Below, one piece after another: positions 34,171 to 38,057 of a stretch of DNA of 38,057 nt. The translations under genes and the position numbers were made by a program. Source of the stretch: Chthoniobacterales bacterium (GTDB lineage Bacteria > Verrucomicrobiota > Verrucomicrobiia > Chthoniobacterales > JAFAMB01); NCBI GenBank assembly GCA_036491515.1, contig DASXBV010000263.1, positions 1 to 38,057 of the forward strand. Direction: 5' to 3'. The first letter of the stretch is position 1. Every line of letters begins with the position of its first letter. The notes below the pieces were generated by a model that made no database searches, was not told the DNA's origin, and was given only the letters and a program-made list of their open reading frames with translations.

Positions 34171-34998
34171 ATGGAAGCACCTGTAGCTGTTACCATTGCG
34201 GGGTCAGATAACTCCGGCGGCGCGGGAATTCAGGCGGACCTGAAAACCTTCACCCATTTTGAGGTGTACGCCCAGACGGTGATCACCTGCGTCGTCGCGG
34301 AAGTCCCCGGGAAGGTCTGCTCAATTCAGGCTATCGAACCTGAGGTGATCCGGGATCAGCTGAATCTCAGCCTGAACTATTTCCCGGTCCGGGCGATCAA
34401 GACCGGGATGTTGTATTCGCGCGAAATCATCGCCTTGGTCTGTAATGCCTTCGAAGCATTCCCACAGGACCAACGACCTTTCCTCGTTGTCGATCCTGTC
34501 ATGGTCGCAGCCTCGGGTCATCCGCTGGTGCAATCCGATGCCATTGAGCAATACAGGTCCCGATTGTTTCCGCTCGCGAATCTGATAACACCAAACCTGG
34601 ATGAAGCAGCGGCGATCCTGGCGACGAAGCTGGAGACATTGCGACAGATGCGCGCTGCTGCCACGGAGCTTTACGAAAAATTTCGCGTTCCGTTTCTGCT
34701 CAAAGGCGGACATCTCAAATCTGCCGAAGCTGTCGACTTATTGATCGATGGTGACGGCACGCATCAATTTTCCGAGCCATATCAGTACGGAGTTCAGACG
34801 CATGGAACCGGGTGCGCGTATTCAGCAGCGATCGCGGCGAATGTTGCGCTGGGGCTCACCCGCAAAGAGGCCGTGGGAGTTGCGAAGAAATACATCACTC
34901 ACGCGATCCGCGATTCTTTTCATTGGAAAACGAGAGCCGGAGAAGTCTCAGCTTTGCGCCATTTCTGGAGTAAGCAGCCTGCGTCGCCCCTAACGTAA
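34171..34998 (+). CDS. thiD: hydroxymethylpyrimidine/phosphomethylpyrimidine kinase
   Basis: The sequence shows VTIAGSDNSGGAGIQADLKTF, VRAIKTGML, VVDPVM and GTGCAYSAAIAA. I prefer the ATG at 34171. The track starts at a TTG at 34150. Confidence 0.9.
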   Translation: MEAPVAVTIAGSDNSGGAGIQADLKTFTHFEVYAQTVITCVVAEVPGKVCSIQAIEPEVIRDQLNLSLNYFPVRAIKTGMLYSREIIALVCNAFEAFPQDQRPFLVVDPVMVAASGHPLVQSDAIEQYRSRLFPLANLITPNLDEAAAILATKLETLRQMRAAATELYEKFRVPFLLKGGHLKSAEAVDLLIDGDGTHQFSEPYQYGVQTHGTGCAYSAAIAANVALGLTRKEAVGVAKKYITHAIRDSFHWKTRAGEVSALRHFWSKQPASPLT

Positions 34999-35085
34999 GC
35001 GAAAGCTAAGCGAAAGCTCCAGCTTTTGCCGTCTGTCTTGATGACGAGACAAAATGAAGAGGCAAAGGCCGGAGCCTTCGCTTAC
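34995..35085. repeat. inverted pair of GTAAGCGAARGCTCCRGCYTTTGCC repeats (hairpin; possible thiD terminator)
   Basis: The left arm is gtaagcgaaagc(taagcgaaagc)tccagcttttgcc (34995-35030). The right arm is ggcaaaggccggagccttcgcttac (35061-35085). The loop is 30 nt. The thiD TAA (34996-34998) lies inside the left arm. Confidence 0.8.
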
Positions 35086-35207
35086 GTGGCCGGAAAACCT
35101 CCTTCGCTTTTCGAGCTACGGCGGATTCTGCTGCCACAGCCTGTCCTTGACGTTCGATTGCGATGTGTCAGTCTGGCGTTTCATCGAACACACCCCTGCG
35201 CCGAAGC

Positions 35208-35963
35208 ATGCATCGAAGCATTTTCCTCCTGTTAGCCGTCCTGCTCTTGGTTAGTTGCTGGTCACGACACAAACGAAGTGAGCCGGCTTACACGGGTCCT
35301 CGCGAGGTAACGATCGAATGGCTGGGGCATGGTTGCTTTCGAGTCACCTCTTCGATCGGACTGACCATTCTTACCGATCCATTTAACCCCAATGTTCTCA
35401 ACTATCGTGTCAAAGCCGCTAGCGTGCCTGCTGACGTGGTAATTATCACCCACGAAGATGAGACGGCGAACTACACGGATTTGGCCTCCGGTTCGCCAAT
35501 AATTTTTCGGAGCTCGATGGCAAGCGGCGTGAACCGTGCAAGCGGTGTCTTGATTCGCGGCGTGCAGACAAGTTCGGAAAGTCTGGTTGCCTCGCCCCAG
35601 CTGAACGTTGCCTATGTCTGGGCGATGGACGGCATTCGGTTCTGTGATCTTGGCGCCATCCAAGATGCGGTAGGCCTGTCAGAAGCTTTGAACATCGGCA
35701 ATGTCGACGTACTTTTCCTGCCCGTTGGCGGCCCGCCAAACTTCACCGACGAGAAGCGTCGCCTGACAATTGAGCGGCTCCGCCCAAGAATCATCATCCC
35801 GATGATGTATTCGACAGCTTATTCAGCAAAAGTCCCACTTCGCAGCCTTGGCGAGTGGCTATCACACCAGCCGAGCGTGGTTCGAATTAAAGGAAATCGT
35901 TTCACGCTGACCAGGTCGCAGCTCCCGGCTACAACTACCGTTTACGTGCCTGCAGTTCCGTAA
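35208..35963 (+). CDS. MBL-fold (Lactamase_B_3-like) lipoprotein with a degenerate metal motif
   Basis: The lipobox is MHRSIFLLLAVLLLVSC. VTIEWLGHGCFRVTSSIGLTILTDPF is typical of the fold. The HxHxDH position reads THEDETA. The track ORF starts at 35163. Confidence 0.65.
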   Translation: MHRSIFLLLAVLLLVSCWSRHKRSEPAYTGPREVTIEWLGHGCFRVTSSIGLTILTDPFNPNVLNYRVKAASVPADVVIITHEDETANYTDLASGSPIIFRSSMASGVNRASGVLIRGVQTSSESLVASPQLNVAYVWAMDGIRFCDLGAIQDAVGLSEALNIGNVDVLFLPVGGPPNFTDEKRRLTIERLRPRIIIPMMYSTAYSAKVPLRSLGEWLSHQPSVVRIKGNRFTLTRSQLPATTTVYVPAVP

Positions 35964-35967
35964 AAGT

Positions 35968-37227
35968 ATGAAAGTTCTGGTGATCGGCAGTGGCGGCCGC
36001 GAGCATGCGCTTGCCTGGAAAATCCGTCAGTCTCCCCGAGTCGAGCAAATCTTCATTGCGCCTGGAAACGCCGGGACCGCGAACCTAGGGCGGAACGTCC
36101 CGCTGAAATTGGGGGAGGTTGAGCGGCTGCTTAACTTCGCGCAACAGGAGTCGATTGATCTCACCGTCGTAGGTCCGGATGACGTTCTCGCTATGGGGAT
36201 TGTCGACCTGTTCGAGAACGCCGGCTTGCGAATCTTTGGCCCTCGCAAAGCAGCAGCCCAATTAGAATCGTCCAAGAGTTTTGCGAAGCGCTTCATGCTA
36301 CGGCATGGAATCCCGACAGCGCGGTTCGGCCAATACGAATCGTCAGCGGAGGCAAAGGCCGCACTTGAGCAATTCGGATTTCCGTTAGCAGTGAAAGCTG
36401 ACGGCCTGGCTCTTGGCAAGGGCGTAGTCATTGCTCAGGATCGAAGTGAAGCCGAAGCGGTCATTGCCGACATGATCGAACGGGGCCGTTTTGGTGACGC
36501 CGGCCGAAAGATCGTTATCGAAGAGTTTTTACCGGGCACCGAATGTTCGATCCACGCCTTGGTCGACGGGCACTCCTACCTGCTATTTCCTAGTGCGCAG
36601 GATCATAAGCAACTGTATGACGGAAATCAGGGACCCAACACGGGAGGCATGGGAACATTTAGCCCTTCGGAAAAGCTGAATGCTGATCTTCTGCGGGAGA
36701 TTCGAGAGAAGATTATGGATCCTTTCATGCGTGGCATCCAGAAAGACAAAATCCCGTTTCGCGGGCTGCTTTTCCCGGGACTGATGCTGACGAACGAGGG
36801 TCCGCGCGTATTGGAGTTCAATTGCCGATTTGGGGATCCCGAAACCCAGGTGCTGTTGCCGAGACTCAAGACGGATCTTGTCGACCTGATCGGGGCGACA
36901 ATCGATGAGCGGCTCGATGCGGTCACCGCAGAATGGGATATACGCGCAGCTGTCTGTATCGTGATGGCTTCGAGCGGTTATCCAAACCGTTACGAAACCG
37001 GAAAGCGGATTGTCGGTTTGGAAAACGCCGAGCGGATGGACGGCGTGGCCGTGTTCCACGCTGGTACGCGGCAGCACGAAGACCGAATCATCACCTCAGG
37101 GGGCCGGGTCTTGGGTGTCACCGCGATTGGTGATACGTTGTCAGCCGCGAAACGTCGCGCATACGACGCGGTCGAAAAAATCGAATTCGACGGAAGCTAT
37201 TTCCGTCGCGACATTGGTTCGATTTAG
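35968..37227 (+). CDS. purD: phosphoribosylamine--glycine ligase
   Basis: The sequence shows MKVLVIGSGGREHALAWK, VVGPD, VKADGLALGKGV, the ATP-grasp domain and EFNCRFGDPE. It starts 4 nt after the preceding stop. Confidence 0.95.
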   Translation: MKVLVIGSGGREHALAWKIRQSPRVEQIFIAPGNAGTANLGRNVPLKLGEVERLLNFAQQESIDLTVVGPDDVLAMGIVDLFENAGLRIFGPRKAAAQLESSKSFAKRFMLRHGIPTARFGQYESSAEAKAALEQFGFPLAVKADGLALGKGVVIAQDRSEAEAVIADMIERGRFGDAGRKIVIEEFLPGTECSIHALVDGHSYLLFPSAQDHKQLYDGNQGPNTGGMGTFSPSEKLNADLLREIREKIMDPFMRGIQKDKIPFRGLLFPGLMLTNEGPRVLEFNCRFGDPETQVLLPRLKTDLVDLIGATIDERLDAVTAEWDIRAAVCIVMASSGYPNRYETGKRIVGLENAERMDGVAVFHAGTRQHEDRIITSGGRVLGVTAIGDTLSAAKRRAYDAVEKIEFDGSYFRRDIGSI

Positions 37228-37245
37228 CCTTATACGATTCATCCC

Positions 37246-38057
37246 ATGGCCACGCGCATTATCATCTGTTGTCTTGTGGTTTTGTGCTCTTCCGGGTTAG
37301 CTTTCGCCCAGCAACCACCCGCGACATCTTCGTCGCCGATCGCAGCCGTTGCCGCGTCCGAGGCAACGCCGAAATCGGTTCCTGATCTCGTGAACCAATT
37401 GGATCAGAGCGGTCTCCAGGAAGTTATTGAAAAACTGCGGTCGAACTATGTCGACCCGAGCGCGCTAACGAATCAGGAAATCAACCAGGCCGCAGTCGAG
37501 GGTCTTTTATCGAGGCTTGGTCCCGGTGCCACGATTCAGACCAGAGCGCAAGCCGAGCAACCCCCGCGGACCTTTCCGCTTAAGTCCGACCTGATTGAAA
37601 AACAGTTCGGATACGTGCGACTCGGAAGTTTTGCCCGGCAGAACCTGACACAACTCGATGATATTCTAAATGACCTCGTCGCCCGAGGTGCCGGTGGGTT
37701 GATTCTGGATTTGCGAACGATGCCGCCGGGCAGCGACTTTCAGCTCGCTGCGGATATCCTTGATCGATTCGTGCCAAAGGGAAGAGTTTTGTTCAAGCTC
37801 GTGCAGCGGGAGGAAGAACCGGAGCGAATTTATACATCGGTGACGGATCCGATCTTTAGCGGAGCAATTGCCGTCCTGGTGAGCCCGGAAAATGCCGGAA
37901 CTGCCGAAGCCATCGCCGGCACACTCCGAAGCGAGGTACACGCTCTGATTATTGGGCAGAAGACTTCCGGCCGCGCCGCTGAGTACGAGCGCTACCTGTT
38001 GGGCGATGGGTTGGTTTTAACGGTCGCCGTGGGCAAATTGGTCATCCCCGGCACATC
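37246..38057 (+). CDS. S41 (C-terminal processing peptidase) family homologue; the 3' end leaves the window
   Basis: Absent from the ORF track. Manual translation from the ATG at 37246 gives MATRIIICCLVVLCSSGLAFAQQ.. (signal peptide) ..GYVRLGSF..GAGGLILDLRTMPPG..AVLVSPENAGTAEAIAGTL..IIGQKTSGRAAEY.. with no stop to 38057. Confidence 0.65.
   Translation, partial: MATRIIICCLVVLCSSGLAFAQQPPATSSSPIAAVAASEATPKSVPDLVNQLDQSGLQEVIEKLRSNYVDPSALTNQEINQAAVEGLLSRLGPGATIQTRAQAEQPPRTFPLKSDLIEKQFGYVRLGSFARQNLTQLDDILNDLVARGAGGLILDLRTMPPGSDFQLAADILDRFVPKGRVLFKLVQREEEPERIYTSVTDPIFSGAIAVLVSPENAGTAEAIAGTLRSEVHALIIGQKTSGRAAEYERYLLGDGLVLTVAVGKLVIPGT

Noticed and set aside
35026-35254. Small ORFs of 69 and 66 aa between thiD and the MBL lipoprotein gene
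   Set aside because: They overlap the inverted repeat pair and have no start context or recognisable features.
36583-37077. A 164-aa minus-strand ORF opposite purD
   Set aside because: The purD reading frame is unambiguous, and the antisense ORF has no motifs.

Overview
This 38-kb window has about 54% GC by eye and is dominated by housekeeping genes. I call 28 protein-coding genes. Two of them run off the window edges and are missing from the ORF track, so I translated them by hand.

Recognisable genes are panD, a DnaJ-like protein, pyk, hisS-aspS, 5-formyl-THF cyclo-ligase, a thiolase/FadB-like pair, a tartrate-dehydrogenase-like enzyme, rpoA-rplQ, gltB, apaG, thiD and purD. I saw no rRNA, tRNA, CRISPR array, transposase, integrase or recognisable defence gene.

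The unusual content falls into four groups:
1. Almost every intergenic gap holds short GC-rich repeats. These include GGTAGGG-headed hairpins with REP-like architecture, a GCAAAGGCYGGAGCCTTCGCTTAC family, tandem heptanucleotide arrays (NCGTTCR)n followed by pyrimidine heptads, and hexanucleotide (GTCCTC/GAGGAC)n inverted repeats. Several of these repeats physically supply the stop codon of the neighbouring gene.
2. One gene encodes a 2002-aa secreted all-helical TPR-like protein.
3. A compact cluster encodes a membrane-anchored C39-like peptidase, a CHASE3 sensor with no output domain, and a TraB/GumN (Tiki/PrgY-like) lipoprotein.
4. Several enzyme homologues appear, by eye alignment, to have lost catalytic residues: the FadB hydratase domain, an MBL lipoprotein and an S41 peptidase.

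The repeat style and gene content resemble soil Verrucomicrobiota or Planctomycetota genomes, but I cannot verify that here. I did not find a clear-cut novel multi-gene system, so the candidates below are ranked honestly.
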